Program-made: the position numbers and the translations under genes | Assembly: GCA_030141605.1 (NCBI GenBank) | Contig: JAQGDQ010000690.1 | Coordinates: 1-64,000 of the forward strand | DNA: 64,000 nucleotides | Direction of reading: 5' to 3' | Origin: Tubiluchus corallicola | Taxonomy: Eukaryota; Animalia; Priapulida | Part shown: piece by piece, positions 36,373-48,539 of the stretch | Layout: the number at the start of each line of letters is the position of its first letter | Numbering within the stretch: position 1 is the stretch's first letter | The notes under the pieces: generated by a model | What the model saw: the letters and a program-made list of their open reading frames with translations, nothing else | Database searches by the model: none | Told to the model about the DNA's origin: nothing

Positions 36373-38824
36373 CACCAAACGGTTTCTATTAACAACGGTT
36401 TTTGCTGCCATTATTCTTGGAGTAATTACTTCAAATTGCCATTAAAAAAACTTGTAATTATGCATACCCAAATCTTGTACTTTTGCACGGTGAGCAAAGT
36501 CAGCAGATGCTTTTCGGTTTCCAAAGCGTTTAAAAACGTTTATTGTAAACACGTACTGACACAGACTACGAACTTTGAGAGCAGCTATTTGACCTTCACG
36601 CAATCAATTTACGTTACTTCAACTAAAAATTTTAAGTTACTTATTATCATTACAACGCCCCCATTGCGTCAACTACACATTACATTACATCATTAATTGA
36701 TCAGGTTACTAAATATCTCCGCATAATAAATAAATACAAATACATTGACAGTAGGGCGAAAGTGCAGCAGGCTGAATATCAGAGATTTTGCCGCAATGAA
36801 TTCAATTTAAGTCTGTTTATTTCGCTAGTAAATGCACAAATATGTTTGCCAATAATTATAGGCAATGAAAATGTGTTTTCATAACAAAATCGTCCATAAG
36901 TCGGCAATTAAGATTTTCTAGTTATTCGTATATCATAAATCTCTATTTCCTTGAGAATCATTTTGATACCAACCTGATACACGTTGAAGTGTGGTGCAAA
37001 CTAAACAATGAAAAACTCAGAAGAAAACCATACGATTGTGTAAACATTAGTTCAGAATAAAGAATGCAATAAAATATTGAAAACTACGATAGCTTTTGGG
37101 TTTGGAAATTTTACCGATCAAATCCAAACAATAACCTAGCATACAAGCACTTTTGCCTCATCTCTGTGTAAGTATACTCCATAAGCTTCGGGAGCTATAA
37201 TTTAAGCGTGCAATGTTTTTCAATGCCTCTCAACAAGCTCACACTCAAGCTGAAAGCGTTCTGCTGGTCGTGCTTTGCTACTACAGTATTAGGCTCTTTT
37301 TACTATGAATAAATTTCAAGTTCACATCAATTCTTAGCTTTACATTAGATATTTAGACCTTGCTTACACTTACAGTGAGCCCAGGTGTTACAAGATATTG
37401 CTTATTGCGATGTTATTGTACGGCCCCTTGATTTTACTTGTCCTGTATAACGAGGGCAGGTTCAAAAACAGTGGGTCAACAAACACCAAGTGTAAAACAA
37501 ATCAGTCTGTGCTGCTGTGGTTAATTTACTGGTGCTGACGATGGTAATGATGACAATGATGATGAAAATTGTGATTAATGGAGCTGTTACTATAGCTAAT
37601 AATGAAGATAAGTAAATTGAGATGATTACGATAATGTTAATAAGAACTTTAGAAGATTTTTTGTAAAGTCACACTAATCATTGTGTAGTTTAACTCTAGA
37701 AAATGGGCAAATGAGATGCACAGTTAACCAAGCACCCATCATGGCAAAGCCAGTCTACCCATCAAGCACCACCAAATGAAGGTGAGCATGTTTGCAGATC
37801 GCTATCAGCAGAAGATACTGTCAGTGGCTTGCAGGTTGTTGCAAAAAAGACGGTATGTTGAAAAAGTGATGAAGATATGGAGTAAGCATTCTCTGCCAGA
37901 AACGAATTCGAATGGAAACGAATCTGTGCCTTTCAAATTCGAATTGAACCGAATTTCAGTAATTTGAAACTGAATTGAACTCCAAGTAAATTTGAAAGAC
38001 TTTTGAACAAATTTTTGAACCACTAATAAAAAGTGATCTTACAAAGATCATGCATAATGCTTGATTTTGTTCTACAGTAAAACCACTATTTGTTTATTAA
38101 AAATTTTGCAAACAAACTGCAGCTAAATTTTGCTAATAAAGAACACAGAAGTGCTGAATAACTTAAATCTATAATTTTACGTTCAAAATGAATTTGAACT
38201 AAAAACACATTCAAACTCAATCTTTTAATTCTCATTCCAAATGAAGACGCATTTTTGTGCCATTGCAGATATATATTGCTTTTTAATGTAATATTCTTTG
38301 TGATATCTGTATGTTAGTGTTGTATAAAAGATTTTACTTTTTTCAAATAATAATTGCTATACATAAGTTTGCAAATTACTCCTCTTTTGTTTTTTAGTTT
38401 TTCAAAAATTTTCATATATGGGGCATGAAATGTCATAATTGTTCTTTCAGGCTTGTGTATACGTTTGTTTGTCATTACTTCACTCTGCTTTATTGTCACA
38501 AAATCCTTTTTGGTTGAAAATCCTAATCTCATGCCGATAATGGATCAATATTGTAAAGGAGAATTATTTGTGGCAAGTATTATTTCAGAGGTTGAAGTAC
38601 ATTGCTCACAAGGGGAATGGCAATTATTTGGTGATAACATCATGCAATTATGCAGAGTAAATATCATTTTGTCATAAGTCATAAATCATTTATTTCTACT
38701 ACATCTTGTTTTCCTTTGACAATACTACTTAGGAATACATGTGTTAATTTGAAATTTAACTTTAGTTTCTATAACGAATTTTAATCATCAGTCTGCCAAA
38801 GTACTTGGTTTTTCAACAACAAGA

Positions 38825-38965
38825 TTTGAAATGGCTGAGGAGCGGTCGCGGTCGTTCGCCCGCACGAAATGACCGACCCAAAGAGTCAGACAACCAAAGA
38901 GAAAACACGACTGTCTAACATCAATAGTTTTGCAACAGTATCATGGCGTCATGCCGTGAAATTTA
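38825..38965. promoter_or_regulatory. Candidate XRN2 promoter region (possibly bidirectional)
   Basis: Local CpG-rich patch with aaatggc/catggcg motifs 130-270 bp upstream of the XRN2 ATG. Confidence 0.35.
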
Positions 38966-39093
38966 TACATTTCGTTTATTTTGAAGTTTTTGTCTTGTTC
39001 TTGTGTGTTGTCGCTTCAGTAATGATTTAATGTCGTTAAGCTGTTAGTGAAATCTGCTTCTAATACCAAAAATTGGATTTATCTGAATTCACA

Positions 39094-39168
39094 ATGGGAG
39101 TTCCAGCATTCTTTGCTTGGTTGAGCAAAAAATATCCATCCATAGTCGTTCATTGCATTGAGGAGAAG
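39094..39168 (+). CDS. XRN2: XRN2 exon 1
   Basis: MGVPAFFAWLSKKYPSIVVHCIEEK |gtttt. Confidence 0.95.
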
Positions 39169-40013
39169 GTTTTTCATTTTAATTTCTATTTATTTGTTTC
39201 CTTCTGGCCTCCCATAGACAGTAGCACTTGTAGTCCAGTCAGACTCGATTTTTGTTGCAAGCAGCAGAGCTGGGGTTGCTTAGGTCGCTTCTGCACACCC
39301 AAACTCTTAATTGAAATCATTGAAGGTGGAGCTAAGCGAGCTTTGTGCTTTTGAGAGTGTTTAATTCCGCGATTTTTTCTGTTAAAAATAGATTTTTTTA
39401 TTTTTTTGTATTTAAAGTTATTCTTTTGGTTATTCGCTATGCTTAAACTAAGTTTGCGGAATTATCAGAGATTTATCGTTCAGAAACGCCGTTCCAATCA
39501 GCAGATTAATATCCATTTCTTCTCTATTATCTTAGAAGAAAGTGGGTTTATGTAAAGCATATGAGAAACCTTTGTATCCAAGCAGCGTTAACAGGACAAA
39601 AAGTTTTCCAATGCGCAAATGTAGTGCCATATTGCTTGATTTCACCACAATGACGGCTACATTTGTTATGAGATTATTGTTGTTTTTCCAAAAAATAACT
39701 GCAAATGGTACTAGTAATGCAATCAGTTTACATCATCAGCTGAAATTAATCGATGATCTGAAGGAAAAGCCCAAATCGATTAATTCAATTAATCAGTCCC
39801 ATCGCTAGTGTTGCGATTGATTCTTGCGAGTCTAAGATCAATTGTCCAGTCGCCTGTTAGTTTTTTGTTATTACTCAGGTGGTGATGGCAGTGATATGTC
39901 ATTTGTTGCTAAAAATTGACAGAAGAACCCACTATTAGGTTTTTCTTTTGGATTAACCTGTACAATTTCAAGAACTGAAAATTAACTCCCGAGTTGTCTT
40001 TTTGCAATTTCAG

Positions 40014-40141
40014 CCCAAGGTTGTAGATGGCGTTGTCATCCCCGTCGACGCGAGCCAGCCAAATCCCAACGAAGTGGAATTTGACAATCTCTACCTGGAC
40101 ATGAACGGGATAATTCATCCCTGCTGTCATCCGGAAAACAA
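40014..40141 (+). CDS. XRN2: XRN2 exon 2
   Basis: PKVVDG...[27 protein letters not shown] |gtaat. Confidence 0.95.
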
Positions 40142-40935
40142 GTAATGGTATTCTATTAGACTCTAACCTTAAATGGTGTGGACAGGAAATAATGATCATG
40201 TTGTGACACAACTTCCTTATCTGAATAATTGTTAGGTAAAGCTGCTGCAAGTGATGGGGCGATTAATAGGTTAGTCAGATTAATCGAGATTACAGCCACT
40301 TTTATATCGATATAATCGGCAGTAATTCTGTTAATCTAGATTAGTCGAGAGTAAGAAATAAAACCTGTTACTCACTCATTAACAGAGAAGAGTTTTAGCA
40401 CAAATAAATGGAATTCTTGCATTTTTTCTTCGTTTTTCTCACCTTACACAATGCACACAATTGCCAACCGCAGTGTTGCAAACTATGGCTTCTTATTCGT
40501 TTTCAAATCATGTGTGTAGTGACATAGTAATAGAGAAGCTAACGAATGTACGTGTCTATAAAAATAGTTTGTGAGTACGAAAATGGCAGACAGCAACGAA
40601 AGCCACGAAAAAGTTTGTAGGCTAGATTTCTGCGCAGCAATGTTTCCAAAATATGACTAAAACACTAAAAAATTACAGCAAAAGATTAATCGTGACATTA
40701 AATTACAAGAACAAGATTGTATTCGAATTAGAAAATTTCAAAGTCGCTCATCGCTAGTCGCTGCTAGTTGCACTGCATACCCTGAAGGGAATGCCTCAGC
40801 TCGGGGCTGAAATTATGATGGCCAATTTTATCAACACTTCGCTGACACATTTTGCACGTCAGAATTAAACTGTTTTTGCATGTCGTTTTTTTGACTACAT
40901 TTGTCTGGTATTGAGAGCATGCTCTTGTATTTTAG

Positions 40936-41047
40936 ACCGGCACCAAAGAATGAAGATGAGATGATGGTGCTTATATTTGAATATATTGATAGAATCATGA
41001 GCATATGTCGACCAAGGCGGTTGTTATATATGGCCATTGATGGAGTG
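40936..41047 (+). CDS. XRN2: XRN2 exon 3
   Basis: [10 protein letters not shown]...[13 protein letters not shown] |gtaag. Confidence 0.95.
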
Positions 41048-42509
41048 GTAAGTAATATAGCCGTGCTGTAAAAATTTTGCTTGAAAATGCCTGAAAGGAA
41101 GACAGTACGATCTTACTACCCCATTTTCAAATTTGGTAAAAAGTATACAAAGTAAACATTTGCACTCAATTTATACTACAAAAGCATTTCTGATAATTGA
41201 ATAGGTTAAAAACTTAATTAAAGGCGGGTGAGCCCATCTGTTGATGCCATTGCAAACTAACATAATTTTCAACAGCAAACATATTCCACGCGCGTGTTGC
41301 TCGTGTTTGCGAAAGCGAAAATTGAAATACAGTGCTACTGTTAGAGATTCAGTGCGTTGTACTAAAAATAGGCAAGCTTGAAGATAAAAATTCAAATTTT
41401 AAATTTACCTCTGTGCTCATTGTGAAATTATGTTTGTATGGTAACATTTCTTTCACTTAAGTCGTTTTTAATGTTTGCTTTTAATATTTTAAAGAGTGTA
41501 TTTTCTTGACCTGCACTTTAAGATTGGGCCCAGTTTTGCTGTAAACGAAAACAGACAATTGTGTAGACATTATTTCAAAATAAAGTATGTTCCAAAATAT
41601 TTAAAACTGCAACTCATATAGTTGAATTTTGTTAGCTTTCAAAGCTATGTGCAGCTCACGTGTGGCTCAGAGTGGTAATGGCACCTTTTTGTCAAATTTC
41701 CCTGGCCGACAAATAGGCGCAGTACCATGATAAGCATGTTCGTGAACTGCAGTGTTCGTCTGTGATGTCAGTGTTGATTATCGTGACATCGCATTAACGT
41801 CTTATAGCAACTTTCTCTACGCAAACGTGCTTGGCGTACAGGGAAGATGCCTACCATTGCACAAACTGTGGTTAGTTTGTGACATAAGCATTAGTGTGTA
41901 CTAATGTGTAGGCTATTGTATGCATCGTAAGCCATCAGAAAAGCAAAACATATCCATACTTTAGGTTTAAAAGTTGCTTGTGCATTTTCTTGTTAAAATT
42001 TGCCATTTCACAAGCTTATATGTAAACAACGTAATCAGCCTACTACAAATTAACCACCTTGTGTTTTTAAACGTTTTGACTGCTAGCAGAAACTGTGTTA
42101 AGTGAACTATTGCTCACTGCACTGATTGTTACGTATCTACAAAACACTACATAGCTGCGGGTTGAATTACTTCCCGCAGTCAAGCAGTCAAGCGCATGCT
42201 AATTTGCTAAATATCATTGACTCACATTATCAGGATATGTATGCACTTTGGCGATATGCATATCGTAATGAAACATGTCAAGATGCATTGATACAGTGAT
42301 GTATCGTTACAGGTTTACTATACGTAGTTGTTGTTCATAGAAAGAACAAGAAATAGTTTGAATTAATTGTTCTTAGTGATAATTAGTGCCACTTAAGTAA
42401 TCGTTGACCATAGTAATTTGTTTTTTTTGAGACAAATCTGCCAAGTGTTGCACTTCAAAGAAGATTTCAACTTCGTGACTTTTACTGTTATTTCAAATTC
42501 ATGATTTAG

Positions 42510-42571
42510 GCACCAAGAGCGAAGATGAATCAGCAGAGATCCAGACGGTTCCGTGCTGCGCAAGAGAGTTA
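42510..42571 (+). CDS. XRN2: XRN2 exon 4
   Basis: APRAKMNQQRSRRFRAAQES |gtaagt. Confidence 0.93.
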
Positions 42572-42926
42572 GTAAGTTGCTGTAATGTTCGTTTTCTTCT
42601 TTTATTTCCTGCACTAGCAGCAGGACACTGCACAGCTTGTGCTGTACCAAGCGGGCGAGCAATGAATTAGTGTGTACGATCATGCAAGTGTACACCAGAC
42701 TAAACTACTCAATAGACTAAGTTGGAGTGCCTGGAAAGGGTGTGCTTTTCTTAATTTTACCCAATTAAATCACTTATCTAACTGAACAATACCTAATTTG
42801 TAATCGTTTAGTTATGTCTGTGCTTGCACAATAGCAGAAAACTCATATGTCTTATAACAGCTATTTTGAGTGGGTCAGACTTGAAGGAGTTAAGTAACTA
42901 TCTCTTTAGTCCCAAACTTTATTTAA

Positions 42927-44162
42927 AGGACAAGGAAAGGGGTACCTGAAGTTGGGCTCAAAAAATCGGCTTAAAAAATTATATTACTTTATAGCAGTTT
43001 TATGCGTATATCTTACTCGCATTGAAAGGAATTTTAGTTTGTCTTCATTTTAAATCTCCCGCAATACTGTTCCGAAGTCGCCATTATATGACGTCATGTG
43101 CCAAACGTAAATCAAGGGAAGAAAAGGCAATGTTAAATTATGTCCCAAAAAACTTTACATGCAAATCTATATTACTTAGATTTTCGCTTACTAGCTAGAG
43201 AGACTTATGTAACTAGAAAAGAAAATGTTTTCACCAATTGGTAAAATGTCGCTGACTCACCCACCAGGGTGTACCACTCACTAACCAAAAAGCGTATTTT
43301 TAAACTTATTGACAAGATACAGTAATTTAAAATTTTACTCAGTTAGTGACGTGTGCGCTATGAATACTCTGATTATTTTTTCAAACTTTACACAATCTTA
43401 TCTAAACTTACTTTAAATGACTTGTCATTAAAATGGCTGCGTCTAATGGTCATCGCGGCAGTTTAAATTTACATGCTTTATACAGCGTGACTGCCAATTG
43501 AACTCCTGTATGCAAAAAGACAATATGAAAGTGATATAAAATGATATATATTATGATAATATGATATATGAAAATGATATATAATAACCCAATATACATG
43601 GTATGTCTGCTTGCATAGCAAAATCGTCCATAAGTCGGCAGTTAAGCTTTTCTAGTTATTCTCATATCCTAAATCTTCATTTCATGAGCATCATTTTGAT
43701 ACCAAGCTCATCGCTTTTGTTATTTCTAAGCTGAGATAATCCACGTTGAAGTTGAGGTGCAGGCTGCACACTGAAAAACAACCTTGAAAAAATCACTGTT
43801 AAAGTTAGCCATTGTTTTTCGTCTCATTTCTACAAAACACTTAGTAACCGCGCTAATGTTAGTTGCTACGAACTTTGCTAGAACACATTGAAGTTATGTT
43901 TAAATCCTTGATGAAGATCTGGGCTTGGCAACAGAAAAACCCGAAGCAAAATGACTGCTTTCACGAGTTGCTATCGGAGTTTGAAAACACAAGATGTTTC
44001 GATTGCACTACTAGTTTCTAGCAAGAATTAGAATTTTAGTACTTTTTGGATATTTTCCTGATAATTTGATGCTAGAATATAAAAGTCCAATATATTTAGC
44101 ATTTGTTTTTATAGAAAACAAGATATTGAGATTTGACCGAGTTTTTGTTTCATTCTACCTTG
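42927..44162. mobile_element. ~1.2-kb non-autonomous TTAA-type (Kolobok-like) DNA transposon
   Basis: Starts ttaa|aggacaaggaaagggg, as at 20683. Internal segments are shared with 7170-7610, 22360-22800 and 36880-36985. Confidence 0.65.
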
Positions 44163-44270
44163 AGGCGTACAACGTAGTTTTAATTATGCCGACTTGTGGA
44201 CGGTTTTGATTTGCAAGCACACAGATGCCACTTGTACATATAGTGTCATTCTACAAGCTTCTTTGTTTAG

Positions 44271-44382
44271 TGAGAAATCAGCTGACGTTAACAGAATTCG
44301 GACGGAGTTATTAGCAAAAGGCGCAGAGTTGCCACCCGAGAAAGATCCCTCCGAGCATTTTGACAGTAACTGTATCACGCCG
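44271..44382 (+). CDS. XRN2: XRN2 exon 5
   Basis: EKSADVNRIRTELLAKGAELPPEKDPSEHFDSNCITP |gtagg. Confidence 0.93.
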
Positions 44383-45085
44383 GTAGGTGTAGTTTAAAGT
44401 GACACCAATTATCCTTCTTTCTAATTTATAGATGTCAGCACGTGTAACGTAACTTCAGCGGTAGGTTCTACGCATTTGATTTTAAATGTTTTAAAAGTGT
44501 CATTACTATAATTTTCCATTGTCGCTTGAATACAGTAGGTGCTACTTAATAGACTCACTTTGGGATGGAAGTGTTTTAACCCAGTTAATTGACTGATTCT
44601 ATTAGCCAATGGATGTAGTGTTACTACCATATAAAGTTTAGCTTCCGTAAATTCTTGTTCAGCGAAGTCAATTGCACCAGATGAGCAGGTGACAGATTCA
44701 AAGCAATAACACTAAGCTAGTTTGTTGGCACATGATAAACAAAAGTGTTTACAAACAAAGCTGTACTTAACATGACTGTTTCTACGTGCACTATAGTACA
44801 CAAAAGCAGAGTAAAGATGACATAAAAGTAGTAAAGACTGTCATCACACACAAGTGTCTTATTTTAAGACACGAAGGAAAAAAATTAAGTCGATTATGCG
44901 AAGTTATTTGAGTCAATTACTGAGAGTTTTTATGTACAATGGAATAGAAGCAGCCCGTTCCAGACATTTTTGAGTCAATTAGGCGACTATGTCCAATAAG
45001 CGGCGCCTCCTGTAGTAAGAAAAACAATCGTTTTATTTTTGCCCTGCTTTAATAGTTACTCATATCTTAAGTTTGTCATCAATAG

Positions 45086-45248
45086 GGCACCCCTTTTATG
45101 GACAGGCTAGCCAAGTGCTTACGATATTATATCTATGACCGCTTGCACAAGGATCCTGGTTGGAAGGGTCTAGAAGTCATTCTTTCCGACGCAAACTGTC
45201 CGGGAGAAGGAGAACACAAGATCATGGATTATATTCGAAAGCAAAGAG
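45086..45248 (+). CDS. XRN2: XRN2 exon 6
   Basis: GTPFMDRL...[21 protein letters not shown] |gtaag. Confidence 0.95.
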
Positions 45249-45395
45249 GTAAGCAATTTTGATAGAGTAAGCAACGAGGTAAGCAATTTTGATAGAGTAA
45301 GCAACGAGGTAAGCAATTTTGATAGAGTAAGCAACGAGGTAAGCAATTTTGATAGAGTAAACAACGAGGTAAGCAATTTTGATAGAGTAAGCAAC
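45246..45395 (+). repeat. 30-bp tandem repeat x5 containing the exon 6 splice donor
   Basis: Unit gaggtaagcaattttgatagagtaagcaac. Confidence 0.95.
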
Positions 45396-46187
45396 TTAGT
45401 CGTCAATTCAGATTTATTCTTCTTTTGCCGTTTCTCGTGAGCGATATTGTGTGAAAATATGTAACCGTAATTAACGACGATCGTGGCAATGCGACTGTAG
45501 AACAGGCTTGTCCTATTTACTCAGGTGTTAAACAGGTTTGCGTCATCCTGCGTTAAGAAACTGAAAAAAAAAATTAGAGTAGTTTTAACACTAATTATTT
45601 TTGCTGTAGTGTGATTTTACTTTAATTTAATTTAATACTACTCGTGTGATTGTCTTCTGTGGGGGTGATGGTCACCCCTGGCAGGTAATGTAACAGCTCA
45701 GCAGTATTTTCAGTCACCACAAGGGGTACCTAACGGTGGATGAACTCTGCTCTTGTTATTAGCTAATGGTTTAGTATCGGGGGTTCTACTTGCACGGTTT
45801 TCATATAAATTCCTTAATAGACTCAAGTTGCCGCATACAGACAAAGCCAAATTTTGGCTTTCAAAGGTCTTATCAGTGCTGCGTATGAAACCTGAGCTAT
45901 TATGTTTCTTTCGGGGTAACGAATTACTTGCTGAAACACGATATCTCTGGCAAACACTATGGCAAAGGTTTTAAAACTTGACTGATTAGTCTTGGCTTAG
46001 TGTTAAGTGCCGTTTACCTAGCATTCGGAATGCGTGTGCATTATTTATTTATTTATTTATTCATTAAACCATTAAGGAAAGAAATTTCAAAGGACAAAGA
46101 AATAAAAACGACTTGAAAAATATTATACATCTGAACAAAGAAACCACATATAAGTGGTTCAAGCACAAAAAACACTTATAACAGAGC

Positions 46188-46300
46188 AACATACAAACAT
46201 ACATACATACATACATACATACATACATACATACATACATACATACATACATACATACATACATACATACATACATACATACATACATACATACATACAT
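46188..46300. repeat. (CATA)n microsatellite
   Basis: About 27 tetranucleotide units. Confidence 0.95.
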
Positions 46301-46749
46301 AGCATAAACTTAATATTACATAATACATATATGTTACAATTAGTCAATCAATCAAGCTTGCACTGAGTTACCTCAGTCGGGCCTATCTTCAAATATTTTA
46401 CGGACAACACTGGCATTAATTTTAATAACCTCTACATGTTGTGACGCATTTAAAAAAGAACTTCTCCTTAGGAGGCATATAATGAAAGTTAGGACAGAAA
46501 TCAGAAAGAATACAAAAACATTTCTCTCGTACATGAGCGGCGTGCATTACGGAGGGTGCGGAATGGATAAAATCCGTTTGAAATTATCCTCAGTGCACCC
46601 GTTTATCAAACGGGTTGTTATTCCGTTGCTATCCCACGGGTGGATAATGTAACCTGGATGCTAGGTCATTGCCATTTTAAGCTGTAACAATATCAAGTGA
46701 GCTATGTGTAGTGTTGACTCTTACACGACTTCTGTTGTTTTCATTTCAG

Positions 46750-46800
46750 CTAACCCCGATCATGATCCTAATACTAAACATATTCTATGCGGAGCCGATG
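46750..46800 (+). CDS. XRN2: XRN2 exon 7
   Basis: (A)NPDHDPNTKHILCGAD |gtgag. Confidence 0.95.
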
Positions 46801-46894
46801 GTGAGTTCTGGCTAACATAATTTTTTTTTCATAAAACTAAATATGGCGCTACTGGTGTGCTGCAAGGATGAAATCTTGGTCCTGCTCTGTCGTG

Positions 46895-46967
46895 TTGAAT
46901 GGTGGCTCAACTGGCAAAGCATGGGAGTACTAATCTCAGGCCTCGAGTTCAAATCCCGACTGGGCCA
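46895..46967 (+). mobile_element. tRNA-derived SINE head / tRNA pseudogene
   Basis: A box tggctcaactgg (46903) and B box gagttcaaatcc (46945); the stems do not form a clean cloverleaf. Confidence 0.6.
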
Positions 46968-46999
46968 TGATTTTTCAGCGTCTCCTTTCTTTCTCCATC

Positions 47000-47688
47000 A
47001 AACTCTGGCAGTCATAGTCATAATCTAAACCACAATTGTTTATAAACTCTGGCAGTCGTAGTCATAATCTAAACCACAATTGTTTATAAACTCTGGCAGT
47101 CGTAGTCATAATCTAAACCACAATTGTTTATAAACTCTGGCAGTCGTAGTCATAATCTAAACCACAATTGTTTATAAACTCTGGCAGTCATAGTTATAAT
47201 CTAAACCACAATTGTTTATAAACTTTGGCAGCCATAGTCATAATCTAAACCACAATTGTTTATAAACTCTGGCAGTCGTAGTCATAATCTAAACCACAAT
47301 TGTTTATAAACTCTGGCAGTCTTGGTCATAATCTAAACCTCAATTGTTTATAAACTCTGGCAGTCATAGTCATAATCTAAACCACAATTGTTAATAAACT
47401 CTGGCAGTCATAGTCATAATCTAAACCACAATTGTTTATAAACTCTGGCAGTCATAGCCATAATCTAAACCACAATTGTTAATAAACTCTGGCAGTCATA
47501 GCCATAATCTGAACCACAATTGTTTATAAACTCTGGCAGTCATAGTCATAATCTAAACCACAATTGTTTATAAACTCTGCCAGTCTTAGTCATAATCTAA
47601 ACCACAATTGTTTATAAACTCTGGCATTCATAGTCATAATCTAAACCACAATTGTTTATAAACTCTGGCAGTCATAGTCATGATCTAA
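47000..47688. repeat. 44-bp minisatellite (~15.7 units)
   Basis: Unit aaactctggcagtcatagtcataatctaaaccacaattgtttat. Confidence 0.95.
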
Positions 47689-47727
47689 GTAATTAATGAT
47701 ATAGTTATTTGCCAACTGTAGATCGCT

Positions 47728-48399
47728 TAGGCCGGCAATAAAAATACTTCTGTTTAAGTCTGATTGTTCTAACTGCCCAATTAATATTTTTTTTATTGCG
47801 CACCCAGCCTGGAAATTTATAATTTTTTTTGTACGTTCCTATATTTACTTGACGCTGCCATATAAATCATATTTTTTAATTTAAAACGTAAAACGCAATA
47901 ATTATTATAACATCGTTCTTTCGGGAAACACACGATGCGGCCATGTTTTTCCACGGCTAACTATCGGCCTGGGTTGCTATTTTGTACGATGCTCATTGTA
48001 TTGGAGGCTAATAGTGTCGAATTTTCCCCCACATTGGTGCATTAACGGCCGAGTAGTGTTGCAAAAGATGTTCATGATGCAAAAAGAGGTTATACAATAA
48101 TCGATAATTATACGATAATTTAATAATGCGAAACTAAAAAAACAAAGAGTGAAAAAATGTGCTTTGAAACAAATTTAAACATCATTGCTAACCAGTGGGG
48201 AAATAAACAAGTTTGATTTTAACATTTTAAATATTGCATGATTCAGCTTTAGGCATTCGCAAACTTTAAAAAAAAATTTTGAAATTAAATCTTCTAAGTT
48301 TGGGTAGTTCCACTTAGTTTGAAATATTTTCTTCCCTTCCTACTGAAATCTTTTGAGCACATGAGGTAAGACAGAAACCAATTTTTTGTGGCCGTTCTA
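47728..48399. mobile_element. Possible MITE with imperfect TIRs
   Basis: taggccggcaataaaaatacttctgttt ... acagaaaccaattttttgtggccgttcta. Confidence 0.45.
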
Positions 48400-48521
48400 A
48401 GCTGGTTTGTGATGTATTAACTTGCGTGTGATCACTCTTTTGCGATTTTGTAGCTGTACATTAGTGATAACGAATGTGATTTCTAGTGATGTTTAAAATC
48501 ATGTTTTTCTTTCATTTGCAG

Positions 48522-48539
48522 CTGATCTCATCATGTTGG
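48522..48539 (+). CDS. XRN2: XRN2 exon 8 (18-nt microexon)
   Basis: ttcatttgcag|ctgatctcatcatgttgg|gtaagt supplies (A)DLIML(G), which is missing between the flanking exons. Confidence 0.93.

Noticed and set aside
42568-42573. Alternative donor gttagt 4 nt upstream of the XRN2 exon 4 donor
   Set aside because: Out of phase with exon 5; the gtaagt donor restores the frame.
46895-46967. Functional tRNA gene
   Set aside because: A and B boxes are present, but the acceptor and anticodon stems do not pair convincingly.
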